DNA of 24,000 nt from Albibacillus kandeliae (GCF_003116585.1 NZ_QEHM01000003.1:24916-48915); one strand, 5' to 3'. Shown: positions 14,819 to 23,425, numbered from the stretch's first letter. The notes: generated from the letters alone by a model not told the origin. A program made the numbers and translations.

Positions 14819-16612
14819 ATGGCGCGGCTACTGGACATATTGCTGTCGACCGGCATGTCGCTCGACGACCTCGGCAGCCTGCACATCCGCCGGGGCGAGA
14901 CTCTGATCACCCAGGGCGCGGAGTCGCACGCCGTCTACTTCGTGCTGGCTGGACGGTTCCGGGTCGAGCGCAATGGCGAGACCGTCGGCCACATCGAGGC
15001 GGGCAGCGTGGTGGGCGAGATCGGCTTTTTCACCGGGGCCACCCGCACCGCCAGCGTGATCGCCTACCGGGATTCCCTCGCCCTGCGGCTGACGCGGGAG
15101 GCCTACGAGAGCCACTGCGCCCGCCTGCCCGACCTGCGCGAGGCGATCATCGCCGAACTCGCCTCCCGCCTTGCCGACCGCTACCGGGGCGCCGACACGC
15201 GCACCGCCAGCAACACCCGGCCGCGAACGCTCTGCCTGATGGCGGCGGGCGGCGCACCGGTTCCCGAGCGCTTCACCGACATGCTGATGACCGCCCTCGC
15301 ACCGCTGGCCGACGCGCGGCTGATCACGCTCGACATCTTCCGCTCTTCCTCGGGCAACCTGCCCCCCGACAGCGCCGCCGCGACCGACTGGTTCAGTCGG
15401 ACCGAGCGCCGCGCCGGGCTGACCCTCTACCTCGCCGAGGGCGGCGACGACTGGCAGCAGGCCTGCGTGCGCCAGTCCGATCAGGTCCTGCTGGTCGCCC
15501 CGCCCGGCGCGCCCCTGCCGCTCTCTCCCGGCGAGCGTTTCGCGCTGACCCAGACCTCGCCCGACCAGCGGCGGCTGGTGCTCCTGCATCGCCGCCGCCG
15601 CCCGCTGGTCGCCGGAACCCGCGACTGGCTGCGATCGCGCCCCGCCTCGATGCACCACCACGTAACGCTGCGCGACACCGCCGACGTGGCCCGGCTCGCG
15701 CGTTTCCTCGCCGGCAGCGCCGTCGGGCTGGTCCTGTCGGGGGGCGGGGCCTATGGCATGGCCCATGTCGGTGTCCATACCGGGCTCTACCGCGCCGGGC
15801 TGCGCTTTGACGTCTACGGCGGCACCAGCGTCGGCGCCGCAATGGCGGCGGCCTTTGCCCTCGGGCTCGCCCCGCATGACGTGACCCGGCGCACCGGCGA
15901 CATCTTCCTGCGCAGCGGCTCTCTGCGCCGCGTGACCCTGCCCCGCTACGCCCTGCTCGACCATCGCCGCTTCGACGCCAAGCTGGCCGAGCACTTCGGC
16001 AGCACCGACATCGCGGACATGTGGCTGCCCTTCTACGCGGTGACCACCGACCTCACCACCAACCGCAGCCGCACCCTGCGCACCGGCCCCCTGTGGGAGG
16101 CGATCCGCGCCTCCAGCGCGCTGCCCGGCATCCTGCCGCCCTTCATCCGGGGCGATGGCGACCTGATGGTCGACGGCGGCCTGCTCGACAACCTGCCCTA
16201 CCGCGCCATGCGGACGATCAAGGCCGGGCCCAATGTGCTGGTCTCGCTCGAACGCGCGCGCGCGCCCGAGGCCCACTACAACTACGCCCGCATCCCGGGC
16301 CGAGCAGGCGTGCTGCTGGGGCTGCTGCGCCCCGGCCTCTGGCGCGAACCGCCCGCCCCCGGCATCGCCGACACCATCATGCGCAGCATGCTGGCGGGCC
16401 GCACGGACCACGCCCGCGACCTCTGGCCACAGGACTGGCTGCTGACCCCGCCGCTGCCCGACGAGATGAGCTTCATGAACTGGAAAGCCGCCTTCGGCCT
16501 GACCGGCCCGGCGGAGGACTACGCCCGGATGATGCTGCGCGACCTCACCGCCCACCGGCCGGACCTGCTGGAGGCCCTCCGCCTCGGGGCGGAGAGCCCG
16601 TCGCCGCCCTGA
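14819..16612 (+). CDS. cyclic nucleotide-binding domain plus patatin-like phospholipase (bacterial NTE-family protein)
   Basis: N-terminal cNMP phosphate-binding cassette GEIGFFTGATRTASV. Patatin motifs LSGGGAYGMAHVG (oxyanion), GGTSVGA (GxSxG) and MVDGGLLDN (catalytic Asp). NTE-like linker blocks LVLLH and HHHV. ATG 14819 is preferred over the listed 14765. Confidence 0.9.
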   Translation: MARLLDILLSTGMSLDDLGSLHIRRGETLITQGAESHAVYFVLAGRFRVERNGETVGHIEAGSVVGEIGFFTGATRTASVIAYRDSLALRLTREAYESHCARLPDLREAIIAELASRLADRYRGADTRTASNTRPRTLCLMAAGGAPVPERFTDMLMTALAPLADARLITLDIFRSSSGNLPPDSAAATDWFSRTERRAGLTLYLAEGGDDWQQACVRQSDQVLLVAPPGAPLPLSPGERFALTQTSPDQRRLVLLHRRRRPLVAGTRDWLRSRPASMHHHVTLRDTADVARLARFLAGSAVGLVLSGGGAYGMAHVGVHTGLYRAGLRFDVYGGTSVGAAMAAAFALGLAPHDVTRRTGDIFLRSGSLRRVTLPRYALLDHRRFDAKLAEHFGSTDIADMWLPFYAVTTDLTTNRSRTLRTGPLWEAIRASSALPGILPPFIRGDGDLMVDGGLLDNLPYRAMRTIKAGPNVLVSLERARAPEAHYNYARIPGRAGVLLGLLRPGLWREPPAPGIADTIMRSMLAGRTDHARDLWPQDWLLTPPLPDEMSFMNWKAAFGLTGPAEDYARMMLRDLTAHRPDLLEALRLGAESPSPP

Positions 16613-16630
16613 CCCGGGCGGCGGCCGTTC

Positions 16631-17083
16631 CTACAGCGCCACATGCTCCACCACGATCTGCGGCTCGCCGTTCGACGTGCGGTAGAGCGATTGCCCCCGG
16701 TCGTCGATCACACCGCTGACCCGGCTGCGGAAGGCCGAAAAGCTGTCAAAGGTCACCACGTCCACGGGCTCGTCGAACTGCAGCGTGATCCGCGAGTAGG
16801 GCGACTGCTCGGCATGGGTCATGCCATAGACGTAGCCGGTGAACGGCTGGCCCAGGTAGCGCCCCGTCACCCGGTCGCCCACGGCAAGCGGACGGCGGTT
16901 GTGGGTGCGCGTCACCGCCTGCGCCCGCAACGTGTTCCAGTCGCGCGCGCCATGCTGGCGGGCGATACGCTCCAGCGCGTCGGAGTGGCTGATCTTGGTT
17001 CCGGCCTCGGCCAGGGTGGCGCGCAGACGCCGCGCCTCGGCTTTCAGCTCTTCGATACGGTCATTGGTATCGGTCTTGGTCAT
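16631..17083 (-). CDS. hypothetical protein with N-terminal glyoxalase-related helical motif (ISHSDALERIARQHGARDWNTL) and a small beta-rich C-terminal domain
   Basis: ORF 16631..17107. ATG 17083 has SD GAGG 7 nt upstream and is preferred. The N-terminal motif resembles the N-terminal domain of proteins annotated as glyoxalase superfamily protein (recollection, not a search). Confidence 0.72.
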   Translation of the reverse strand: MTKTDTNDRIEELKAEARRLRATLAEAGTKISHSDALERIARQHGARDWNTLRAQAVTRTHNRRPLAVGDRVTGRYLGQPFTGYVYGMTHAEQSPYSRITLQFDEPVDVVTFDSFSAFRSRVSGVIDDRGQSLYRTSNGEPQIVVEHVAL

Positions 17084-17234
17084 CGTCGTGCCTCGCAATA
17101 CGGGCATGCATCGATTTGGCGGGTGCTCGCGTTACCGACCTGAACACATGCCATCGAAAGGGCGTCAGATGTGCCGTGCGGGTTTCACCATGGCGTGCGC
17201 CAGCGAGCGGCAGGGGACCCGAACCTGAGCCCGC

Positions 17235-17262
17235 AGATAGGAGCTTGGGACTGGTCCGTCAA
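17235..17262 (-). promoter_or_regulatory. candidate sigma70-type promoter
   Basis: Minus-strand TTGACG (17262..17257), 16-nt spacer, CTATCT (17240..17235). This would give a ~145-nt leader before the 17083 start. Confidence 0.35.
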
Positions 17263-17280
17263 GATCCGCGCGCTGTGGCC

Positions 17281-17934
17281 TCAGAAATCCGGCTGCGCGC
17301 GGAACTTAAGCGGCGCTCCGCCTTCGGGGTGCCGGATGCGCAGCTCTTCCGAGTGCAGCATCATCCGGGGATACTCCAGCGCGGTCTCCGCCGCGTAGAG
17401 CGGATCGCCAAGGATCGGATGCCCGAGCGACAGCATGTGAACCCGCAGCTGGTGGCTGCGCCCGGTCTTCGGAAACAGCCGCACCCGCGTGGTTTCGTCG
17501 TCATAGCGCATCACGTGCCAGTCGGTCACCGCCGCGCGCCCGTTCTCGTGGTCGACCATCTGGCGCGGCCGGTTCTCCCAGTCGACGATAAGCGGCAGAT
17601 CCACGGTGCCCGACCGCGGGCTCAGCCGCCCGGCCAGACGCGCGACATAGGTCTTCTTCGACTGCCGCTTCTCGAACTGCAGCCCGAGGTGGCGCTGCGC
17701 ATGGGCGGTCCGCGCAAAGACCATCACGCCCGAGGTATCGCGGTCCAGCCGGTGCACCAGCAGCGTATCGGCATAAAGCGCCAGCAGCCGGGCGATCAGG
17801 CAATCTGCCAGGTGCTCGCCCTTGCCCGGCACCGAGAGCAGGCCCGCCGGCTTGTTCACCACGAGGATGTCGGCATCCACATGCAGGATGTCGAGGTCTC
17901 CCGTGGGCGGGTCATATTCGGTGCGGACGGCCAT
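17281..17934 (-). CDS. RluA-family RNA pseudouridine synthase
   Basis: 217 aa. Catalytic motif HRLDRDTSGVMVFA, plus KTGRSHQLRVH and GDPLY blocks. Confidence 0.93.
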   Translation of the reverse strand: MAVRTEYDPPTGDLDILHVDADILVVNKPAGLLSVPGKGEHLADCLIARLLALYADTLLVHRLDRDTSGVMVFARTAHAQRHLGLQFEKRQSKKTYVARLAGRLSPRSGTVDLPLIVDWENRPRQMVDHENGRAAVTDWHVMRYDDETTRVRLFPKTGRSHQLRVHMLSLGHPILGDPLYAAETALEYPRMMLHSEELRIRHPEGGAPLKFRAQPDF

Positions 17935-18054
17935 CGCGGCTGATTAAGCCAGCCGCGCGGCGCCGACAAGGGCGGTGCCACCCGCCGCAACGTCGCGCTT
18001 GCCCGGCCGGGGGCGAGTCGCGACAGTCGCGCCATCTGAGAGAGGAGAGACCAG

Positions 18055-18465
18055 ATGCACCCCACGATCGAACGGATGATGGATATCGTCGCCAGCGGCG
18101 AGGACGAGAAGATCGCGACCATCCTCGCGGAACAGGTCAAATTCATGCCGCCCACCTACTGGGCTACCTGGACCGGGCGTGCGCCCGTCGCCGCTGTGCT
18201 CGGCCACGTGGGGCAGGTGTTTTCCGACTTCCGCTATCGCCGCGTGATGGGCGACGGCAAGGACTGGGCGCTGGAATTCCAGTGCAGGATCGGGGAGTTC
18301 GACGCCGTCGGCGTCGACCTGATCACGCTGGACGACGAGGGCATGATCGAAACCTTCGAAGTGGTGATGCGCCCGCACAAATCCGTCGGCGCGCTGCGCG
18401 ACGCGATGAATGCCCGGGTCGCGACCGACGCGCGCTTCCTCGAGTTCCGCAAGGCCCTCGCCTGA
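18055..18465 (+). CDS. NTF2-like / SnoaL-like fold protein
   Basis: 136 aa with SD GAGAGGAGAG upstream. Size and pattern (VKFMPP, WALEFQCRIGEFDAVGVDLITLDDEGMIETFEVVMRP) are typical of nuclear transport factor 2 family proteins. Confidence 0.78.
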   Translation: MHPTIERMMDIVASGEDEKIATILAEQVKFMPPTYWATWTGRAPVAAVLGHVGQVFSDFRYRRVMGDGKDWALEFQCRIGEFDAVGVDLITLDDEGMIETFEVVMRPHKSVGALRDAMNARVATDARFLEFRKALA

Positions 18466-18481
18466 GGCCACGGTAACATTT

Positions 18482-18511
18482 TATGTCACCAAGGTCAGCT
18501 TTATTGACATA
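18482..18511. promoter_or_regulatory. inverted repeat TATGTCA-N16-TGACATA overlapping a TTGACA -35-like hexamer, upstream of the aminotransferase gene
   Basis: Perfect 7-bp arms at 18482..18488 and 18505..18511, in a low-GC patch. TTGACA lies at 18504..18509, about 55 nt before the ATG. Confidence 0.35.
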
Positions 18512-18564
18512 TTCTTGCGGATGAGGTCTTGCAGACGGGCTGAACCGAAAAGGAGTCGAAAGCC

Positions 18565-19794
18565 ATGCAATGGGATCAGGTCTTTGCCAGCCGTGCCGAA
18601 CGGATGAAGGCGTCGGAGATCCGTGAACTGCTCAAGCTCCTGGATCAGCCCGACATCATTTCCTTCGCCGGCGGCATTCCCGACCCGGCGATGTTCCCCA
18701 CCGACGAGTTCGAGGCCGCCTTCGCCGGCATCTTCCGTGACGGCACCGCCAACGCCGCCCTGCAATACTCGGTCAGCGAGGGCTACCGCCCGCTGCGCGA
18801 CTGGATCGCCGCCGAGATGGGCAAGCTCGGCGTGCCCTGCGACGCCGACAACATCCTGATCACCTCCGGCTCGCAGCAGGCGCTCGACTACCTCGGCAAG
18901 CTGCTGCTCTCGCCGAACGACACTGCGCTGGTCGGCTGGCCCACCTACATGGGCGCGCTCGGGGCCTTCAACGCCTACGAACCCGCCTACGACCGCCTCC
19001 CGTCCGAAACCAACCGCACCGCCGCGCAATATACCGAGGCCGCCGCCGAGGCCGGGGGCCGGGTCAAGTTCGCCTACATGTCGGTCGATTTCGCCAACCC
19101 CACCGGCCGCACCCTGACCCGCGCCGAGCGCGAGCGCATGCTCGACCTCGCCGAAGATCTCGACATCGCCATCATCGAGGACGCGGCCTACCAGATGCTC
19201 CGCTTCGACGGCGAGGCCATCCCGCCGGTGCTCGCCCTCGACATCGCCCGCAAGGGCAGCATCGAGAACACCCGCACCATCTACTGCGGCAGCTTCTCCA
19301 AGACGCTGGCGCCCGGCCTGCGCGTCGGCTGGGTCTGCGCCGCGAAACCGGTGATCCGCCAGCTGGTGCTGATGAAGCAGGCCGCCGACCTGCACTCGGC
19401 CAGCCTGAACCAGATCGTGATCCACGAGGTCGCCACCCGCATCTTCGACACCCATGTGACCAGGCTGCGCAAGGCCTACAGCGGCCGCCGCGACGCCATG
19501 CTGCGCGCCCTTTCCGCCCATATGCCCGAGGGCGTCTCCTGGACCGAACCCGAGGGCGGCATGTTCATCTGGGTGACGGTGCCCGAACAGATCGACGCGG
19601 CAGACCTGCTGGCCCAGGCCCTGCGGACGCAGAAGGTCGCCTTCGTTCCGGGCCGCGCCTTCTATGCCGACGGCTCGGCCGGCAACAACCTCCGGCTCAG
19701 CTTCTCGCTCTGCGACGAGGCGACGATCGAGGAAGGCATCCGCCGGCTCGGTCTCGCCATCGCCGACGCCGTCGCGCCGCTCGCCGCCGCCTGA
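18565..19794 (+). CDS. PLP-dependent aminotransferase (class I/II fold, 2-aminoadipate/aromatic transaminase-like)
   Basis: 409 aa. PLP-lysine block GSFSKTLAPGLRVGW. SD AAGGAG upstream. Confidence 0.92.
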   Translation: MQWDQVFASRAERMKASEIRELLKLLDQPDIISFAGGIPDPAMFPTDEFEAAFAGIFRDGTANAALQYSVSEGYRPLRDWIAAEMGKLGVPCDADNILITSGSQQALDYLGKLLLSPNDTALVGWPTYMGALGAFNAYEPAYDRLPSETNRTAAQYTEAAAEAGGRVKFAYMSVDFANPTGRTLTRAERERMLDLAEDLDIAIIEDAAYQMLRFDGEAIPPVLALDIARKGSIENTRTIYCGSFSKTLAPGLRVGWVCAAKPVIRQLVLMKQAADLHSASLNQIVIHEVATRIFDTHVTRLRKAYSGRRDAMLRALSAHMPEGVSWTEPEGGMFIWVTVPEQIDAADLLAQALRTQKVAFVPGRAFYADGSAGNNLRLSFSLCDEATIEEGIRRLGLAIADAVAPLAAA

Positions 19795-19841
19795 CATCGG
19801 CCCGGCCTTCTTTGGGTTGAGAATATCCCGGGGAGCGCGAG

Positions 19842-19870
19842 GGGCAGAGCCCCTCGCTCCTGCCGTCTCC
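19842..19870. other. GC-rich hairpin between convergent genes (possible bidirectional terminator, no U tract)
   Basis: CGAGGGGC aga GCCCCTCG (8 bp), extended by GGAG/CTCC across a 2-nt bulge. Confidence 0.4.
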
Positions 19871-19884
19871 GCTCGCGCCTCGGT

Positions 19885-20265
19885 TCAGCCGTCCCGCTGT
19901 GGCAGCCCGTCGGCGATCTCGTAATAATCGCCCTTGTCCGCCACGAAGATATGCTTGCCGAGGCTCAGCCCCGTCGGCATCTCGAGCGATCCCATGGCGA
20001 TGGAGATCTCGGGCTCCTCCAGGTGCTTCCAGAACAGGAAGGCCCCGCAGACCGAGCAGAAGCCGCGCTTCGCGACCTCGCTGGAGGCATACCATGTCAG
20101 GGTCGCGTTCGTCTCGAAGCTCACCGCCTCCTCCGCCGTGCGGGTCGAGGCCCAGGCGTGTCCCGACTGCCTGCGGCACTGGCCGCAGTGGCAAAGCGAC
20201 GGCGGCGGCAGATCCCCCGCGACCGTGAACGTGACGCCGCCGCAGTTGCAGCTTCCCTTGCGCAT
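19885..20265 (-). CDS. GFA family protein (glutathione-dependent formaldehyde-activating enzyme fold, Zn-Cys)
   Basis: Cys ligand pattern CNCGGV, CHCGQCRR and CSVCG. ATG 20265 lies 2 nt after the LysE stop; the listed 20352 start would overlap LysE. Confidence 0.88.
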   Translation of the reverse strand: MRKGSCNCGGVTFTVAGDLPPPSLCHCGQCRRQSGHAWASTRTAEEAVSFETNATLTWYASSEVAKRGFCSVCGAFLFWKHLEEPEISIAMGSLEMPTGLSLGKHIFVADKGDYYEIADGLPQRDG

Positions 20266-20267
20266 GA

Positions 20268-20891
20268 TCAGCCCCTCAGCTGTGGTGTCGAGGATGTCCC
20301 CAGAAGCACACCGTAGAGGATGAAACAGGCCGAGGTAAACCGCCGGAACCATGTGTTGAACACGGCTCCCAGCGCCGCCTTGCCCAGTCCCGCGCCCAGC
20401 GCGGTGTAGGTGGTGTAGCTCAGCGTGGTCAGCACCAGCGCGGTGGGCATGATCACCACCATCTGCTCCATGATTGGCCGGTCCGGCTGCACGAACTGCG
20501 AAAAGGCGGCAAGGTAACCGGCGACGCTCTTGGGGTTGATCGTCGCCACCGCCAGCGCGTGCAGGTAGACATGCCGGGCCGGGCGCAGGTCGGCGGTCAC
20601 CGGCTTCCTCGCGTTGATCCAGCCGCGCACCCCCTGAAAGATCAGGAACCCCGCACCCGCCAGCTTTGCCACGAAGAACCCGGTGGGCGAGGCCGCGATC
20701 AGCGCGGTCACCCCGACGGCCGACAGCAGCAGGAAGGCCGTCGCCTGCGTCAGGATCGCCAGCACCCCGACCATCGCCCGGGGAAAGCCCAGCGTCATGC
20801 CGTTGGCGATGCAGTTCACCGCGTTCGGCCCCGGCGTCGTCACGAAGACCACCCAGAACAAGGCGAACACGGTCCAGGCGTGGAAACTCAT
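20268..20891 (-). CDS. LysE/RhtB family amino-acid exporter
   Basis: 207 aa with about six hydrophobic segments. N-terminal TPGPN motif typical of the LysE family. SD GAGAGG upstream. Confidence 0.9.
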   Translation of the reverse strand: MSFHAWTVFALFWVVFVTTPGPNAVNCIANGMTLGFPRAMVGVLAILTQATAFLLLSAVGVTALIAASPTGFFVAKLAGAGFLIFQGVRGWINARKPVTADLRPARHVYLHALAVATINPKSVAGYLAAFSQFVQPDRPIMEQMVVIMPTALVLTTLSYTTYTALGAGLGKAALGAVFNTWFRRFTSACFILYGVLLGTSSTPQLRG

Positions 20892-21235
20892 CTCGGGCCT
20901 CTCAGGTTGTCCGGCCCCGCGGATCGAGGCGCCGGACCGCCGCTAACACCCGCGCAAAGGCACATGCAAGCGACCTTGCCGCCCTGTGCCGGGAAAGCCA
21001 CCCGAGCAGGGCCGGGAGCCCCCGCGAAGGTACAAATCGACTCGATTTCGCTCAATTACCAGGCGAACACCGCGAGAACGCCCGCAAACCGGGCGACGGC
21101 CTCTCGCCGCCGACCGAAATGCTGCGTCGCAGCAAAAGTGAACAATCACCGGTCCCGCCCGGGTCTATCCTCGTCGCACACACCCTCGCTGGAGGACGGC
21201 GGTGTCACCTGAAACGAGAAAAGGTAGCAACCCAC

Positions 21236-21424
21236 ATGTGTCTGTCCGCCGAAATGCTGGCCCTGTTCCTCAACCTTTTGAACCCGGACATCATCCAGAC
21301 CGAGAGCGGTCGCATCACCGTTCACGCAACCGTCCGCGACGCGGTCTGGGAAGAGCGTGGCGACCGCTGGTGCACCTCCGCACCCAGGATCGACCGCACC
21401 GCGATGTTCGCCCAGCCGAACTGA
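21236..21424 (+). CDS. possible small protein (62 aa), no recognisable motif
   Basis: Third-codon positions are strongly G/C-biased, as in real genes of this genome. AAGG lies 11 nt upstream of the ATG. The stop is 10 nt from the convergent GAF gene stop. Support is weak. Confidence 0.35.
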   Translation: MCLSAEMLALFLNLLNPDIIQTESGRITVHATVRDAVWEERGDRWCTSAPRIDRTAMFAQPN

Positions 21425-21433
21425 GACCGCGCG

Positions 21434-21889
21434 TCAGATCCGGGCAAAGACCGCATCGAGCAGGCCACCCAGCCGCGCGGCATCGCTCTCGGTAAAGGCA
21501 TCAGGCTGATCGCTGTCGATATCGAAGACCGCGATCAGCCGCCCGTCCCCGTCACAGACCGGCAGGACGATCTCCGAGCGGGTCGAGCTGGCACAGGCGA
21601 TATGGCCCGGAAAGGCATCGACGTCGGGAACCAGCTGGATCTCGCCCGTGCGCGCCGCCGCTCCGCAGACCCCGCGCGAAAACGGGATCTGAAGGCAGCC
21701 GTGCCCGCCCTGGTAGGGCCCGATCTTCAGCAGCCCCGGTTCGGTCACCCGATAGAAACCGGTCCAGTCGAACCGGCTGTCGGCATGGTGCACCTCGCAG
21801 ACCACCGTCGCCATCAGCGCGACGGCATCCGTTTCGCCCTCGGTCAGGGCCGCGATGGTCTTGTCCAGTGCGTCGTAGTCTACCTGCAT
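21434..21889 (-). CDS. GAF domain protein, free methionine-(R)-sulfoxide reductase-like
   Basis: 151 aa from ATG 21889 (SD AAGGA). Blocks WTGFYRV, GPYQGGHGCLQIPFSRGVCG and GHIACASSTRSEIVLPV are typical of the fRMsr/YebR family. The listed 22141 start adds an Arg/Gly-rich extension. Confidence 0.88.
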   Translation of the reverse strand: MQVDYDALDKTIAALTEGETDAVALMATVVCEVHHADSRFDWTGFYRVTEPGLLKIGPYQGGHGCLQIPFSRGVCGAAARTGEIQLVPDVDAFPGHIACASSTRSEIVLPVCDGDGRLIAVFDIDSDQPDAFTESDAARLGGLLDAVFARI

Positions 21890-21966
21890 TCTCGATCCTT
21901 TCGGGGCCGTGGCCTCCAGTGTTGGCGGGCTTTTGTCCCGATCTGTGCCCCGGGGCAAGATCCCTC

Positions 21967-22995
21967 TCACCCCTTCAGGACACCTCGCAGCCACGTCACC
22001 GCCCGCTCGACCGCCTCGGTGCCCTGCGGCAGGATCCGGGTCAGGTTCAGGAACCCGTGCACCTGCCCCGGATAGGCCGCCATCTCGACCGGGACTCCGG
22101 CCGCCTGCAACGCGCCCGCATAGGCATGACCGTCGTCCCAAAGCGGGTCATGTCCCGCCGCGAGCACGAAGGCGGGGGGCTGCCCGGCCAGCCGTGACGA
22201 GTAGAGCGGCGAAAAGCGCGGCGCGGTCATGTCCTGCCCCTCGGGCAGATAGAGATCGAGATACCAGTCGATCCGGTCCCGCGGCAGCAGCGGGCTGTCC
22301 GCCAGCGCCGCCATCGACTGCGAACTCAGCGTGCCGTCGACCGCCGGATAGATCAGCATCTGCCCCGCGGGCAGGGGATGGCCGCCCTCGGCAAGATCGT
22401 GCATCAGCGCGGCGGTCAGGTTGCCGCCCGCACTGTCTCCGCCGACGACCAGCTTGCCCGGGTCCGCCTTCACCTTTCCGGCGCCCCCGATGAGCCCCAG
22501 GTAGGCGGCAAGGATGTCGTCCGAGGCCGAGGGGTACTTGTGCTCGGGCGCGAGGCGGTAATCGTAGGAGATCACCCGCACGTCCGCGCCCGCCGCCAGC
22601 TTGGCGCAAAGCGCGTCATGGCTGTCGATGCTTCCCTGGATCCAGCCGCCGCCGTGCAGGTAAAGCAGCGTGCCCGCCTTGCCCCCCGACTCGGGCTGGT
22701 AGAGCCGCGCCGCGCGGGGACCCTCGGCCCCGGGCAGCTTGATGTCGGTCCGCCGCACGTCCGGCCCCGGCAGATCGAATCGCGCGACGAACCCGGCCAG
22801 CTGCTTGCGGCTCTGCTCGACCGTCATCTGCACCGCCGGGTCGCGCACCAGCGCCACCAGATCGCTCAGCGCCTGCGCCTTGGGGTCGATCGCACGCCCG
22901 TCGACCTCGGCCAGCCGCCCCCGGTAGATCGCGCTGACCAGCGGCTCGGGCAGACCGATCTTCACCAGCCCCCACATGATACGAAACAGCTTCAT
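21967..22995 (-). CDS. alpha/beta hydrolase, hormone-sensitive-lipase-type esterase
   Basis: Oxyanion motif LHGGGW, nucleophile motif GGDSAGGN, and C-terminal DPLWDD and GQVHGF. ATG 22995 with SD GGAGG is preferred over the TTG at 23007. Confidence 0.9.
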   Translation of the reverse strand: MKLFRIMWGLVKIGLPEPLVSAIYRGRLAEVDGRAIDPKAQALSDLVALVRDPAVQMTVEQSRKQLAGFVARFDLPGPDVRRTDIKLPGAEGPRAARLYQPESGGKAGTLLYLHGGGWIQGSIDSHDALCAKLAAGADVRVISYDYRLAPEHKYPSASDDILAAYLGLIGGAGKVKADPGKLVVGGDSAGGNLTAALMHDLAEGGHPLPAGQMLIYPAVDGTLSSQSMAALADSPLLPRDRIDWYLDLYLPEGQDMTAPRFSPLYSSRLAGQPPAFVLAAGHDPLWDDGHAYAGALQAAGVPVEMAAYPGQVHGFLNLTRILPQGTEAVERAVTWLRGVLKG

Positions 22996-23086
22996 CCCGC
23001 CTCCCAAATCCGACTAAGCCTGCATACCGAATGGTAAGCTTTCCAGTCTAGCCTTGCGATCCTCTGCCACTTGCAAGGATTTGGCC

Positions 23087-23425
23087 ATGTGCCTCAGCAG
23101 CCGGATCGAGGACGAGGTGATGATCGTCACCGTGACCGCCGACAGGATCGACGCCGCGGTCGCGATCCAGTTCAAGGAAGACATGCGCAACGCCACCGCC
23201 GGGGGCCCGCCCCGGGTGGTGCTCGACCTTGCCGCGGTGCAGTTCATCGATTCCAGCGGGCTCGGCGCCATCGTCGCCTCGATGAAACAGCTCAGTGCCC
23301 TGCGCCGTCTCGATCTCGCGGGGCTGACGCCCGCCGTGGACAAAGTCTTCCGGCTGACCCGGATGGATACGGTGTTCCGGCTCTTCCCCTCGCTCTCCGC
23401 TGCGCTGGCCCCCGAACAGGGCTAG
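23087..23425 (+). CDS. STAS-domain anti-sigma-factor antagonist (RsbV/SpoIIAA-like)
   Basis: 112 aa. Phosphorylatable serine motif FIDSSGLGAIV. ATG 23087 is preferred over the TTG at 23054. Confidence 0.88.
   Translation: MCLSSRIEDEVMIVTVTADRIDAAVAIQFKEDMRNATAGGPPRVVLDLAAVQFIDSSGLGAIVASMKQLSALRRLDLAGLTPAVDKVFRLTRMDTVFRLFPSLSAALAPEQG

Noticed and set aside
14819-16612. Patatin gene as the effector of a CBASS or Pycsar operon
   Set aside because: No CD-NTase, pyrimidine cyclase or other nucleotide cyclase is encoded within the window. The NTE-type linker points to the widespread stand-alone family. It is kept only as a lower-interest finding.
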